The notes: a model not told the origin generated them from the sequence alone. 60,850 bases of DNA, filler included, from Sphacelaria rigidula (GCA_964200075.2; 5 parts of 5 records of this genome joined end to end with filler, not necessarily neighbours in it), one strand, 5' to 3'; numbered from the whole stretch's first letter, positions 1 to 12,191 are shown. Numbers and translations: made by a program.

Positions 1-76
1 GTCCTGGCTTTGTGGGTATGCGAGGTCAATGGTCTGATGACTATGGCAAGCATGATCATGAGTACACCCCCCCCCG
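1..76 (+). repeat. 3' end of abundant dispersed repeat (family A) at contig start
   Basis: GCGAGGTCAATGGTC...ATCATGAGTACACCCC motif recurs at ~660-720, 12021-12091(-), 24215-24281(-), 25038-25106 and ~38455-38521. Confidence 0.85.
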
Positions 77-722
77 TCTCTGTCCCGTTTAAGGGCGTCG
101 AGTGGCAACGACGATGTGAAACACACTAATTTTTGCGCGAGCTAGGCAACCATGTTAACGTTTTTTATTCGCTTGCGTTTTATTGGGGTAACCATGATTG
201 TCGAAATAGATCGTACTGTGCGGGGTGGGAGAACCTCAACTCCGCGTAAAGAGGATGACCGTGCTACGCGGTGTTTATAGTGAGATACTCATGAGCCAGT
301 GTAGCTCGTGTCTGTCTCTGGAAGTGGTCACAACATGAAACCAAGCAGCCCATTCGAGGCTGTCATCCACATGAAAGATAATTAGTAAGCTTCGGGCCAG
401 ACTATCTCAGCAGGGTGCGGTCTCATGACCACAGTCTGCAGGGTCAGCGTAACCCGTGGCTGTGTCTGGAACCGGCCACAAAACAAAATGAAGCGATTCA
501 GTCCAAGCTGTCACTACATGCAAATAATGATTACGCTTCGGGTTGAACGATTTCAGCAGGGCCTCACCCCTCATGCGACTCGCCGGACACAGGACGGCGC
601 TTCGCGCTCGGTGATGGCAAACGTGGTCCAGCGAAAAACTGGCGTGCTCCGCCCCGGCTGTGCATGGATGCGAGGCCAATGGTCGTGTGACCACGGCATG
701 CAAGATCATGAGTACACCCCCA
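77..722 (+). mobile_element. ~650-bp copy of repeat family A (non-coding, retroposon-like), in tandem with the preceding copy
   Basis: Colinear similarity to 38110-38521 and 36356-36471; internal ~140-bp duplication (~290-420 and ~430-560); ends in GAGTACACCCC. Confidence 0.7.
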
Positions 723-2070
723 ACACCCTGGTTACGACCAGACAGTACCAGGCCTCATAGACAAGTGCCCGTAACCTAGTACACGATGAGTACATCACGA
801 CCGTACAACCTGTTCATGAGTTTTCACGGTGCACGTGCCATGCGTGCATTTCATTCAAACATGCACACCCCCCGCACCAGTTGTACTACATTCTCCGCAC
901 CATATCGTACGTGATGTACTGTACATCACACCAAAAAACGCCCATCCGTTCCTCGCGCACTGTGCAGTTCATCTACAGGACAACAGAATGTACCGCCGTG
1001 CCTGTCACGTTGCACCGAGTCCCGGTATAACGCTAGCATCGCTGTTTCTGTGTTCTATGTACAGAAGATAATGTAGACGGTACAGTAGTCGGTACCTCTA
1101 GTGTTGAATATTTTTGTCAATTAACCCCCCAAAAAGAGAGATAAGCACGACACAAACGACAAAACCTACACACTCCTAAGTGCGGAGCAAACGACAGATG
1201 GCCACATGGTCCACGTGCTGTGAATGGCCGACTCCTAGCATAGGGCCCTAGTAACTGTAGCTCACCGCCCCCCCGCCCCCCGCCCCCCTTCCCCGCAGGG
1301 CACAACTATGCAAAGAGTGCATTGGTAGGGCTCAAAACGGTACCGCTAGCGCCAATTTGAGCAAAACCGCGTGCTGTGCATGCTGGCAGGAACCTGGTGC
1401 TGTCAGCACCCAAAACACCCATATTGTTGCTGTCAACACTGAAAGCAAGTGTTGAATCAACAATGAGGTTTGAACACGGATTATAGGGAAACCAATGCAT
1501 TCGACCTCAACACACGTTTTGCATTTGTCAAATCTTCACTCTTCCCTGCCTTCATGCGCACATAACATGCACACAAAAACGAGTTCAACCCCCGAACGTT
1601 CTCGTCACCAGTCGACGCTTTTATGCCCTACGATTGACACCATAACTAGGCATAATCTACTGGGCAAGCTCGCAGATAAAATATCATCTGCTGAGCAACT
1701 CAAACAGCATATATACAAATTGAAGTACATGCGTTACCAAACGTTCGCTCGCAAACCGAACAGCGCCACCGTTTTGCTTCCTCTCCTGCAGAACTCCGTA
1801 CAGCCATACTGAATCAACCTCTTCTCCGATGATGCACCCTCCTCCAAAAAAAGGGCTACACTAAACTCTGTATGACATGAAAAACACGGTTGAATTCTAC
1901 CCACCTCACTTAAATAAAAACAGCTAACCAAGGTCAACGATGACCTGACACTTCGACGTTGCTGGTAGGGGGCGTCTCCTTTGTTGCTTGTCTGGTAGGG
2001 GCGAGACAACTAGTCTATATAACGAGGCGGGCGTGCAGCGCTCGCGGTGCGAGAGGGTACGCTGTAACAG

Positions 2071-2336
2071 CATTCTACCGCTTCCTTTCTTGGATACGAC
2101 TATGGTGGAGTACCATACCATGTATGTGTTGGCTTATCTGGACGAGAGCAAGCAACCGTATAGCGAGTTTACTATCGTATTTCCTGCGTATGACGACCAA
2201 TTTTTATGCCCATAACGACCACGATAAATCTTATCGAGAGTAAAACTTTTATTTGCAGATCCATGTTACACTGGACACATCTCAAGCGGGTCATAAGCAG
2301 GTGGCAGTAACGGAAACACATGACACCTACACACAA
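2071..2336 (+). CDS. Possible coding exons of unknown protein (2071-2176 and 2259-2336)
   Basis: GT-AG intron 2177-2258 with TTTTATTTGCAG acceptor; joined frame reads ...ILPLPFLDTTMVEYHTMYVLAYLDESKQPYSEFTI|IHVTLDTSQAGHKQVAVTETHDTYTQ|gtgcgc. No start codon or downstream exon found. Confidence 0.3.
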
Positions 2337-2408
2337 GTGCGCCCGAATCAAACCAACACAGGTACCCGTACCACAAAGAGGCTTAGCTCTGGCGGCAGCC
2401 TTGCTCAC

Positions 2409-5250
2409 CTACACGCAGCAGTATTTCGTTGTATGGAAACTCGTCCAATATCGGAGGCGGGGGTGGTCATACGCATGAACGAAGTTAACAGATGCACTTG
2501 TGGATCATGTTTTGCCGTATTCTTTTTCAGACCGCGTCTGACACTAATGATCAAATCCTATTCAATCTTCAACAGAATCGACCCCAACCAAGGACATTGT
2601 ACTCAGCTGATGAGCAGCTGCCGCCCGAGTTATTCTTTGTTCAGCCGGAGACTGTGGGCTAAGAAATTGATGTGAGGCAGCGTCATAGGTTTCTGCCAAC
2701 TCTTTTCATGTCCGGCCTGTGGTCGCTGCGTTCAAATGTCTCAACGAGCAAACGATACTTCGAACGGCCCAGACTATTCTTCAAGGAATCGAACAAGACT
2801 GTTGAAAAAACTCCCGAAAGTGTTCTAATTTTTTGTCATGCAGCGTTTTAGGTAGCTAAAAAAAGGGACAGGGGGGAGGCGGGGGTTGGGCGACTCATCC
2901 CCGGGGCGGGAGACGAAATATTACTTCGAAAAAGGACACTTCTCCCCCGGTGCCGACGAGGACAGATCCTGCCGGTACAAAGGAAGTGAACGCTTTCATC
3001 AGGTGCTGTTACTGCGCTCCCCGGCCCACCACCACTTCATCAATCAAGCCCCCGCTGTCGCGCAATATGATTGCAATTCTTCGATAAGTGAATGAAAAGA
3101 CAGCATACCTTGTGATCGCACGAAGAATGTTCCTCACGATGGAGAAATGTATGTGCTGCTCTAATGAGAAGTTTGTCTGCTGTCAAAGTGGAAAGAAGGC
3201 ACACTTGTCAACCTCCTCTGAGACCGGCTTTTATGCACTGCAATCTGTATCCAATTATTCCCGGTAATATGGGTTAATGTGATTTTGGCGAAATTGGATC
3301 TTCCACGACCACCTTCTTCACCTCTATGCGTGATTCTGGTAACGTGGAAGTGAAACATCCGGCCATGTTATCGGTGGACACAGACTGTTACACCAGAAAC
3401 ATTCCACGGTTGAAAAAATTTCCCCACTGTACTAGATGGGTGTGAGAAAGCGTCGTTCGAACGCACGACAAGCATGATGACCCTCTGGCCACAGTCAGGA
3501 CGGTTGGAACGGCTTCCTGCCAAGACGTGGATACCAGAAGATATATCTAACTCCCGAAATAGCATGAGCGAAGGACAGGAATGACGACGACTATAAATAA
3601 ACAGCACTGCACGGTGCTGATATTACGGTGACAAACGTGACAGTACGTCTAACGTTTTTTATTATCTTCACAAGACAAACGCATTGCCGTTTGCGGCGAC
3701 ATCAGGCTTGTCTGAATGTGCCCAACGTGGGCAAAACGTGACTTGCACGAGCTAACTTCCTCCCTCTCTGTACATGGGCTGTGCGCCAACATGGCGCCGC
3801 CGTACTAGCACGGAAGTCCAGTCTGTAGCCGTAAATGCAGCAGTGAACGCCTTTTTACCGACCATACCTCAGATCCACATCGCCAGAAAGTGTTGGTGAC
3901 CTCAAGCCTAGATTGCCGGAAATGAAAGGTATTATAATTTCAGTTCATCTCAATCCCGGTACCCTGACCAGATTCCTCCCCCGAACATTTGGTCGCGGGA
4001 TGAGGCCCAGACCGCCGCGCATACAAGTTGGCCTGAACAGAACTTTGTCAAGGTGAAAACTTCTGCATGAATTCCGCTGCGCACCTTATTTCCGCCACGA
4101 CGGAGCCCGCATGATCGGCAAGATACTCATCAGACGGGCCAAGAGGCCAGACCAGCTGGACAAAGAAACAAGAAAAAACGTAGAGCAGAACACACACCGC
4201 AAACACGTGAAAAACAAACAACCTAGACTTAGAAATGCGCGGACAACGGCGAAACATAAAAGCTCCACACGCGTGCGGTAACTACGCATCATACGTTTTA
4301 GGCTCAGTGAGGTAGGTGTGCATGCGCAAAGCACAGTGGGCAGACACAACGGAGTCAACTCATGGTACGCACTGTTTTCATACACTTGGGTGTAAAAATG
4401 TACACCGATCGCGACGGGAAACGTAAACAGCCAAACTTCAAGTATGCTGAAGTATCCATTCGAGAGATTGCTTATCGCCTGTTGACAACTGACTCGCATA
4501 GAATCCGGCCGTGATGACAACATGCATGTACCCAACATGAATGAACGGACACACTCGCTCGGGTAAACTTGAGAAAAAAAGGCACGTCAAAAGAAGAACG
4601 ATGGAGGCAACGGACGGAGGGAAAAGGCATGATATACAAAAAAAAAAGTAAAAAATGCACGGGGATAGGGTTGTTAGAACGAACGACCGAACTCCCGGTC
4701 TACGCCGCAAGAGGCAAATGAACGTTCTCTAAATCAAGCCTGTAACTAGTCTAGCAGCAGGTACGAGTTCCAACCGCAACTCTCTTGTGTAGCAGCACCG
4801 GCGTTTGGTTTCTTAATGTCGAGGCTGAATATCTCCGCAAAATGCACCGCGTAGGGCCTGCGTTTGTAGCGAGTTTCTCTTCTTTGGTTCCGCACGAACC
4901 TGGGTAAAATGCAACCACCGGTCGTTTCACGCAACCCCTCAACTCACGCCAAGGAAACTCCGGGTTTTGAATAAATGTATTTCAGCTCCGCATCCACTCA
5001 CCAAGAGCCGGACAAACGGCGGCAGGAAGACGCCGTTCAAGGGCTCCTGCTCCAACTCACCAAGACGAATGTCTACGCAGCTGTCGGGGTACAACTGCGA
5101 CAACGAATACGAGCACGAAACCGTATACGAATTATCGCCCGTGCAGTAGTGCTTGGTTGATTCGTTGGTTGATTGCTTGGTCCATGACTCATGCGAACTG
5201 ATGCGCAAATAACCAACCCAGCCGTGGTCACGACATGCGCGTACTGCAGC
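2409..5250 (-). CDS. Possible multi-exon gene fragment, unknown protein (candidate exons 5250-4948, 4155-4085, 3590-3428, 3176-3109, 2537-2409)
   Basis: Each segment has an AG acceptor and GT donor, is stop-free, and phases chain 0-0-2-0-2-2. Strong pyrimidine tracts precede 5250 and 4155. No recognisable family; alternative donors exist in the 4948-5250 exon. Confidence 0.35.
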
Positions 5251-6149
5251 CTAGGGAAATCAATAAGACGGAAGGAAAGCCTTCGCTAGATGAAACTCCA
5301 GTAGACAAGAAAGCATGACGGAACTGTTTGTTTTCCCCCTCAACATACATTAACACAAGAGAGGACAGAAAAGCAAGCAGACAGCACAGGTCGACGGGAA
5401 ACCCCAGACAGACGTATTAGGTACGCAGTAAGGCGGCATCCCGACAAAACAAACACCATCCTCAAGGCCGATCCCGCCTTCTTAGGAGGCTTCGCTATGT
5501 TACAGGTCCACCAATGTACAATTATTGCAGCTTCAAGAGTAGAATCGAAAGTGTTGCGAGCCCACTACCGTAGTCACTCGTTCAGCGCCAGGCTTCATTT
5601 CGGATCAAAATTGCTCGCTCATCTTTAGCGCCGGTACCCCCGGTGCCGTAGTTGAGCAGTCGCCCTCCGTTTACAACCATCACCTCTATCGAGAACGTAC
5701 CGTATAGTGTGGGGACCCCGGCCCTTGATTTATTCGATGCGTTTGATCATTTGGTCCTGAAGATGGGAAAGAGTGGACTTCGAGGTGCTGTTTTTTTAAC
5801 GACATATGGTTGAATTTTTACACCTTCACGCAACATTATTCGTCCAAGGCGTGCGTTCGAGACCCGTGTAAAAATGAGCCCCAGTGCTGCACGCGACTCA
5901 TGGTATACAAAGTAGACAGGTGGTGCTGATTTTTGTTTGTATAGAGTTCAGGAACGCAAGGGCTGATTTTGGTTGTGTGCACAAAGTAGCACGGTTCGGA
6001 CAAATAATATCGTGATTTGACTCGTATTCAACATTCGGACGAACCAATCATACGATTCGTACACAAGTTATCATTATACATGTTTTAGGTTCGCGATTCG
6101 TACGACACTACATCGAGCGTACACATTCTCAGTTCGTGATTCATGCGGT

Positions 6150-6530
6150 AAACCGTCCAAGGTACACGTTTCCTACCTTCCATTCGTATATGTGAATCAT
6201 AGGTACACCTTTCCCAGTTTCTATTCAGCCAGCATGAATCATAGGCACACGTTCCCCACCGTCCATGCATACGAGGTGAATCAAGCGTACATGGTTTCCA
6301 ATTTTCGTTCATGCAACATGAATCATACGTACAAGTTTCCCACCTTCCGTCCATACGAGGTAAATCAAGCGCGAACGTTTCCAAATTTCCATTCATGCGG
6401 CATGAATCATACGTGCATGTTCCCTACCTTCCATTCATACAACATGAATCATTTGTACATATTTCCCACTTTCTATTTATGCAGCGTGAATCATACATTA
6501 AACTTCTCCACTTTCTGTTTGTATGATATA
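6150..6530. repeat. Tandem array, 42-bp unit, partly alternating A/B variants
   Basis: GAATCA recurs at 6236, 6278, 6320 etc.; explains the periodic spurious ORFs here. Confidence 0.9.
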
Positions 6531-6835
6531 CATAATAAGAACATGTTGATTTCCACCTCTCATTTCATGGGGCACGACTCTTTGATGGCGCGGTCCTTTT
6601 GCAGGTGATGTAGGAGAATAAGAGCGTACAGGTCGGGAACCCCTCGAGAGCCAAATCCGCGATAAAGCTAATTTCAATTTTTGCACTCACACATAACACA
6701 TCAACTACAGTATAACACATGAGTCTGGTGCCCAGAGCGGTTTTCTCAGCCACATGTTTCCCCCCAAGCTATGCTATTGACAGCCCCTGTGTTTTCATGT
6801 GTTCTGTGGTAGAGTTGGCCTGAACATAATGTATA

Positions 6836-7957
6836 CAGGCTGGGCCGCGTAAGAAGCAGACTTTCCTTCGGCCGGTTCAAACTGACTATCTATCGCGAGT
6901 TGTGCCTACTATGACACATCGTGGTAATCTGCAGATCAACGCGCGTCTTTCACTTCACGTAGCACTGCAATCTGACAAGTTCCCATCGAACGAAATACCA
7001 AACTGTAGTCAGCTGCAAAGTGTACAGAGTTGAGTGTGGCATGTGCGACGGAATTAGGGGGGGGTCGACTGAAATCGTATTTACGGTGACAGCCAGTTGT
7101 GCCGCGGCCGCAAAGTGATAGTGCCGCGCTAGTTGTGGTTGTACAACGATGCATGTCGTACTGTACGCGCGCAGAGTCTGAGATGGCACGCGGACGAGAA
7201 CTCCAGCGCCCCACGGCGTCGCGCTTGTAGAAAACGTCAAAGTTCCGGCTGAGGTTGTACTCTAAAAGTGAGTGAACCGGTTCTCGACGAAAAACGCGAT
7301 TCCACTACTCAATTTCGAGTCGTTTTCCATGAAACTTTGACACGATATACATTAGGTATATGTGAAGCCCCAACCACTTCCATGGTATTTCCTGTTTCCT
7401 CGTCAGTTATTGGGGATCTGAATCTCGGAACATTTTTCCTGATACACAAGCGTCGACGACTCATTGAAGAAAAAAAACGTCAAGGGGGAACAACGGGGAC
7501 TCTACAACATACCTCGAGCGCATCGTGTGTCAGAATTTCGTGGAGAAATACTTGCAATCGAACAGCATACCCGCGTTTCATTTTTTCGTGGCTAGTCCAC
7601 CTCCACATCGGAACCAGTCTTCGACCTAAACACGCGATTCAACAGCTCAATTTTGAATCGTTCTCTATGAGATTTTGACACAATGTACAAAATGTATGTG
7701 CAAAGACTTCACCCTCTGCCCCGTACATTTTTTTATTTTCCAAGTGAGTTATTGGCGGCCAAACATTTCAGAACAGTTTATTTCGGAACAAAATCGTGTA
7801 TTACTCCTGACAAGGGAACAAAATGTGGGGAGCAGAAGATGGAGTCTTCGCACACACGCCCCGTACATCGTGTCAAAATTTCATAGAGAACGACCCGAAA
7901 TTGAGCTGTCAAATCGCGCGTTCACGTCCCTGTCCGCGTCTTGGGCGGCCCAGCCTG
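6836..7957. mobile_element. Tc1/mariner-type MITE
   Basis: TIRs CAGGCTGGGCCGCGTAAGAAGCAGAC and GTCCGCGTCTTGGGCGGCCCAGCCTG, each flanked by TA. Confidence 0.8.
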
Positions 7958-8046
7958 TAGTATACAATACCGCAAACACTTGAGGAGGACGCAGCGCCAG
8001 CACGAGTCGTCCTGGCATGCTTGCTGGATGTCATGTTATTCATGTA

Positions 8047-8596
8047 CTTCCTCTGGTCGGCATTATAGTCGAATTTGTCATATCTCGGTCATTCAGTAGC
8101 TGTGGGACGTTCGACAAGTTTGTAAAGGGGGAGGATGGTTCATTATCGTCCCCTGATTGGGGGAAATCGTGAAAATTCAGCTTGATGGTACCCAGCAGTC
8201 GAAAAATGGACTTCCTGGGCGTGTTGTAGCTGCCACGCACCGTGCACCGCGACGCCGTACTTGCTGCCAGCGAGGAGGTGCCGAATCACTTGATATTTCT
8301 CGGAATTGTTGAAATTCTTGCGTTTCTGCACCTAGTCCGCACTCCCAGCAGCGGACATGTCTCACCAGCAGCCGAGAAGGCTTTTGACCGGGGCTTCAAA
8401 GTGGGGGTGGTGATTTGAAGCGACTTCTGGTGGGGTGACACAAGTGTTTTGGAGGGAACTTTTAACGACAGGGATTCTGATTGCGCCGCGCCGGTACAAA
8501 AATGCAAAGAAAAAAACGGTTTGAAAAAAGAATACCATGGAGCCGAGTTACGCCGCATAGGGTCCAAATCCGACTTATAATGCCGGCCAGAGGAAG
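8047..8596 (-). mobile_element. Stowaway/mariner-like internally deleted element retaining a transposase N-terminal remnant
   Basis: TIRs CTTCCTCTGGTCGGCATTATAG and CTTATAATGCCGGCCAGAGGAAG, with TA TSD in a CATGTA/TACATG context. Minus frame 8143-8331 KRKNFNNSEKYQVIRHLLAGSKYGVAVHGAW resembles plant-type mariner transposase N-termini. Confidence 0.8.
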
Positions 8597-8599
8597 TAC

Positions 8600-8960
8600 A
8601 TGTTTTCCACCCTGCGTTTGTGAACACGAATCATAGACACATGTTTCCCAGCTTCCATTCATGCGAGGTGAGTCAAGCATACATGTATCTCCCCATTCAT
8701 CCATGCAGCATGAATCACACGTACATGTTCCCCACCTTCCATTCATACGAGGTGCATCACACGTAAATGTTTTCCGATCTCCGGTCATGTAGCATGAATG
8801 ATACGCACATGTTTTCCGCCTTACTTCCATCGGAGGTGAATCAAACGAACATATTTCCCAGTGTCCGTTCATGCAGCATGAATCACACGTACATGTTCCC
8901 CACCTTACATTCGTACGAGATGAATCAATTGCACATGTTTCCCACCCATGATTCATACAG
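8600..8960. repeat. Second 42-bp tandem array of the 5990-9173 element
   Basis: Same CATGTTTCCCA...TGAATCA unit and orientation as 6150-6530. Confidence 0.9.
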
Positions 8961-9610
8961 GAATTGCGATTCAGACATATTTTGCACTCTTGATAGATCT
9001 GGTACTACTTGGAGTGTACACATTGCCAGTTTGTTATTCGTGCGGTATGACCTTAAACATACTCTTACAAGTTTACCGTCCGTGATTCATACCTGATGAA
9101 TACTTGGTACATGGTTCGCGTTCAACATTCATGGGGAGTCAACCCGTTTGAAATCTAATTCGTCCGAACCGTGAAGAGTTGAGCACACTTGGCCTGTTGC
9201 GTCCCCTCATCGCACAAAACTAATTCAATCGCACCGGGGTGACATTATTGGCGCGCGCATTGTGTATACTGATGGGTTCTTCTGTGGCCTTCCGCCATGC
9301 AAAATGGTTGCCGTGGGTCTTCCCTGTTCACGTCTTTGCTTCTCTTCCACGGCTTTAAATAATGAGGCGTCTGGCTCGGGGACGGAAGGAGGGGGTTCCC
9401 CAAGGGTTGCCCGAGAGCAATGGTGTCTAGCTGTATCCCAGTATTCACCAAGGATACATTTTAGACGATCTGACGCGAAGGCAGCACCGTGGCAGTAGAT
9501 GGAAGCTCCAGTTTACACACTGAAGTTGTGCCTGGGTTGACGAGGGCACATGTAATGCAATTTTCTTCCCAAGCGTGAAAGCAGCATTATACATGAGAAC
9601 AAATATATAC

Positions 9611-10497
9611 CAGATCTTGTCATCGCACTTCGAGACGGGAACTCCTGATCCTCCGAAGGCCACGGGACGGGATCGTTTTTCCGTCGCTCAAACGTTGACG
9701 AGACGATATGGGAACGGTTTCTGGTCGCCAAACAAATGATGGGATGGGAAGTTCTGTGCCGTCCCGTCCCGTCCTCACGGTAACGTTCCCGTGAGAACTT
9801 CCCGTACCATTCCGTCTTCACTGGAATTTTCCGGGTAACTCCTTTCGTCCCACCTTGTCCTCACGGGAACATGTGTGTTTCCCTCTGAAAGACCAAGATG
9901 AAACCATAATTTTGTGCAGCGATGCTTGGACACATTCACGAAGAAACAATCACCAGGCTCAGCCCCCCCATCCCTATATAGTTCTGTTTCGTCAAGTCCC
10001 GCTTACTTTGACTGTGAACATTCATCCTTTCCTGTAGAACAGAAGTCGACAACGGGCCTCACGAGTGACCGGAGTCTGATCATTAGGGGGGTGGGGTGGG
10101 GAGCAGAGGGAAAATGTTCACACATCCCATACGAATATATATATATATATATAAGATGTGCTTAAGTTCCCGTCAGATTAGACGAGAACTTCCGTTGCTC
10201 ACGGGAAGTCTCGTCCTATCTGACGGGAGTTCCCGTCAAAATTGTGGGAATGTTTCGTGAGGAAGGGCCCGGACGGTAACGTATCGTGGGTAAGTATGGA
10301 CGGGGCGGGGACGTGTAACCCATCGTCAAACCAACAGTGGGACCGGACGGTCAATTTCCTCGTCGCCAAAAGATTGACTTGACGGGAGGGACGAGAATGC
10401 GTTCCCGTCAGCCAAAGCACGAAGAGACGGGAGAGTAATTCCCGTGCCGTCCGGTCGCGTGAGATTTCCCGTCAGATTTTTTACGTTACAGGCCCTA
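9611..10497. mobile_element. Probable hAT-like non-autonomous element rich in CCCGT/ACGGG motifs
   Basis: Many CCCGT/ACGGG motifs in both orientations; right end TTACAGGCCCTA resembles the hAT-like end of 29020-33953; left TIR and TSD are degenerate. Confidence 0.45.
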
Positions 10498-10510
10498 TTG
10501 TACATCGCCG

Positions 10511-11147
10511 CACACGTTGGACGAGTCACTACTGGTTGAAACGAGTGCACTCGTGGATGTTTTTCGAAAACACAACGAGCATGACTCGTGTGACCGAGTC
10601 ATTTTTTTTTATAACGAGCAATGACTCGTGTGCTCGAGTCATTACTCCTTTTTACAGCGAGCAATGACTCGTGTACTCGCCCTGCATATTTTTCCACATG
10701 AAGCAATCACTCGAGTGCCCGCCCTATCAATCTTGTCCACAGCGAGCGATGACTCGAGTGCTCGCCCTGTATATTTTTTTAACAAATCAAGCAATGACTC
10801 GACTGCTCGCCCTCTTAATTTTTCCCACAACGAGCGATGACTCGAGTGCTCACCTTCTTGATGTTTTCTACAACGAGCAATGACTCGAGTGTTCGCCCTA
10901 TTCATTTTTTCCACAACGAGCAATGACTCGAGTGCTCGCCCCGTTCATTTTCTCCACAACGAGCAATGACTCGAGTGCTCGCCCCATTCATTTTCTCCAC
11001 GACGAGCAATGACTCGAGTGTTCGCCCTACCAATTGTTTTGCACAACGAGCAATGACTCGAGTACTCGCTCTACTAACTTTTACGGCCAAAAAGGGGCCC
11101 AACGAGTGCGAGTGCCACGATTCCCACTCGTGCTCGTCCGACGTGTG
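10511..11147. mobile_element. TIR element (CAC...GTG) filled with a 43-bp tandem array
   Basis: TIRs CACACGTTGGACGAG and CTCGTCCGACGTGTG; about a dozen units of CAACGAGCAATGACTCGAGTGCTCGCCC plus a T-rich linker, period 43 (10871, 10914, 10957). Confidence 0.8.
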
Positions 11148-11258
11148 CATTTCTGCAGAAACAAGAGAGACAACTGCGCCTGTGTTGCTGTGTCCATACT
11201 GCTCCGGTAGTGGTTTTCGCGTCGAGTTCTGCATGTGGGCATACCTGTGAACGCGCAC

Positions 11259-11792
11259 CTTTTGACGGTGAAAGTAGTGAGTGTCGGACGCCGCCGCATA
11301 CTGTGTAGATACAACATTCAGTTCGAGAAGCGCCAGGAGTAGTCAAGCGTGGGAACAGAGAAAACTACCCCGCGCCCCGAAAAAATGTCCAAAAAGAAGA
11401 ATGCAGCAAAAAAAAAAAGACACAACACACACACAAGGAGAAGAAAGCGATGCAAGAAAAGAAGACAATCGACGAAGAAACACAGCACAGCTCATGAATA
11501 AACGGCAACACACGAGCGCAATACTACACTGCATAAAATACACACGTAACACAAAGTGGAGCAAAGCAGCATAAATATACGAAATACCATCCCCGATACA
11601 TTGCAACTACATCACCTCGTTCGCAACCGCAGCGTTATCATCGCCCTCCGGATCGACGAACCCGTCGACACTGACGATGACTCCTTGTGCCACACTCGCA
11701 CATGCAAAGCTGGCGTAGTCACAGCCGTAGCTTATTCCGTCTGCCGCTCCATACATGCACACTGTCACCGTAGGGTACGAGTACCTATCGTC
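11259..11792 (-). CDS. Candidate exons 11792-11616 (DDRYSYPTVTVCMYG...) and 11300-11259 of an unknown protein
   Basis: ACAG acceptors and GT donors; 59-codon phase 0-0 open exon; YPTVTVC resembles the DEG/ENaC post-TM1 FPAVTxC motif (inference). Confidence 0.4.
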
Positions 11793-12020
11793 CTGTTATT
11801 TTCAAAACGCCACCGTCACCAAACAAATTACTCATCGTATTCAAGGGGCTGATCTCGTACGGCGGGGTGATATCAAACTTGGTATGGGCCAATCGTCGAA
11901 CCGTTCGAGAGTGGCCTAACCTCTTCGAACCCACCTTGCCAACAACCTCAAGACAGCTTGCGACCAATTTCAAAGACGGTCTTGCGCCAGTTTCAAAAAC
12001 TCTTGGCAGATTTCGGCAGC

Positions 12021-12091
12021 TGGGGGTGGGGGTGTACTCATGATCATGCATGCCATAGTCATCAGACCATTGACCTCGCATCCGTACAAAG
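12021..12091 (-). repeat. Family A 3' end at contig end
   Basis: Reverse complement of the 1-76 motif. Confidence 0.85.
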
Positions 12092-12191
12092 NNNNNNNNN
12101 NNNNNNNNNNNNNNNNNNNNNNNNNNNNNNNNNNNTTAATTAATTAANNNNNNNNNNNNNNNNNNNNNNNNNNNNNNNNNNNNNNNNNNNN
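12092..12191. other. Artificial contig linker
   Basis: N44-TTAATTAATTAA-N44, with stops in all six frames. Confidence 0.98.

Larger units (their letters stand above)
5990..9173. mobile_element. Non-autonomous TIR element (CAC...GTG ends, possibly CMC/CACTA-like) with 42-bp tandem arrays and two nested MITEs
   Basis: TIRs CACGGTTCGGACAAAT (5990) and ATTCGTCCGAACCGTG (ends 9173); flanks TAG/AAG are only a near-match 3-bp TSD. Confidence 0.7.

Noticed and set aside
30..70. Hammerhead ribozyme core CTGATGA in family A
   Set aside because: No downstream GAAA/stem II, and the motif is not conserved in most other copies.
10570..11070. CRISPR-like array (conserved, partly palindromic ~28-bp repeat plus variable linker)
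   Set aside because: Linkers are only ~15 nt and mutually similar, the array is bounded by TIRs, there are no cas genes, and the context is eukaryotic.
12136..12147. TTAATTAATTAA as a biological motif
   Set aside because: Synthetic six-frame stop linker repeated identically in every gap.
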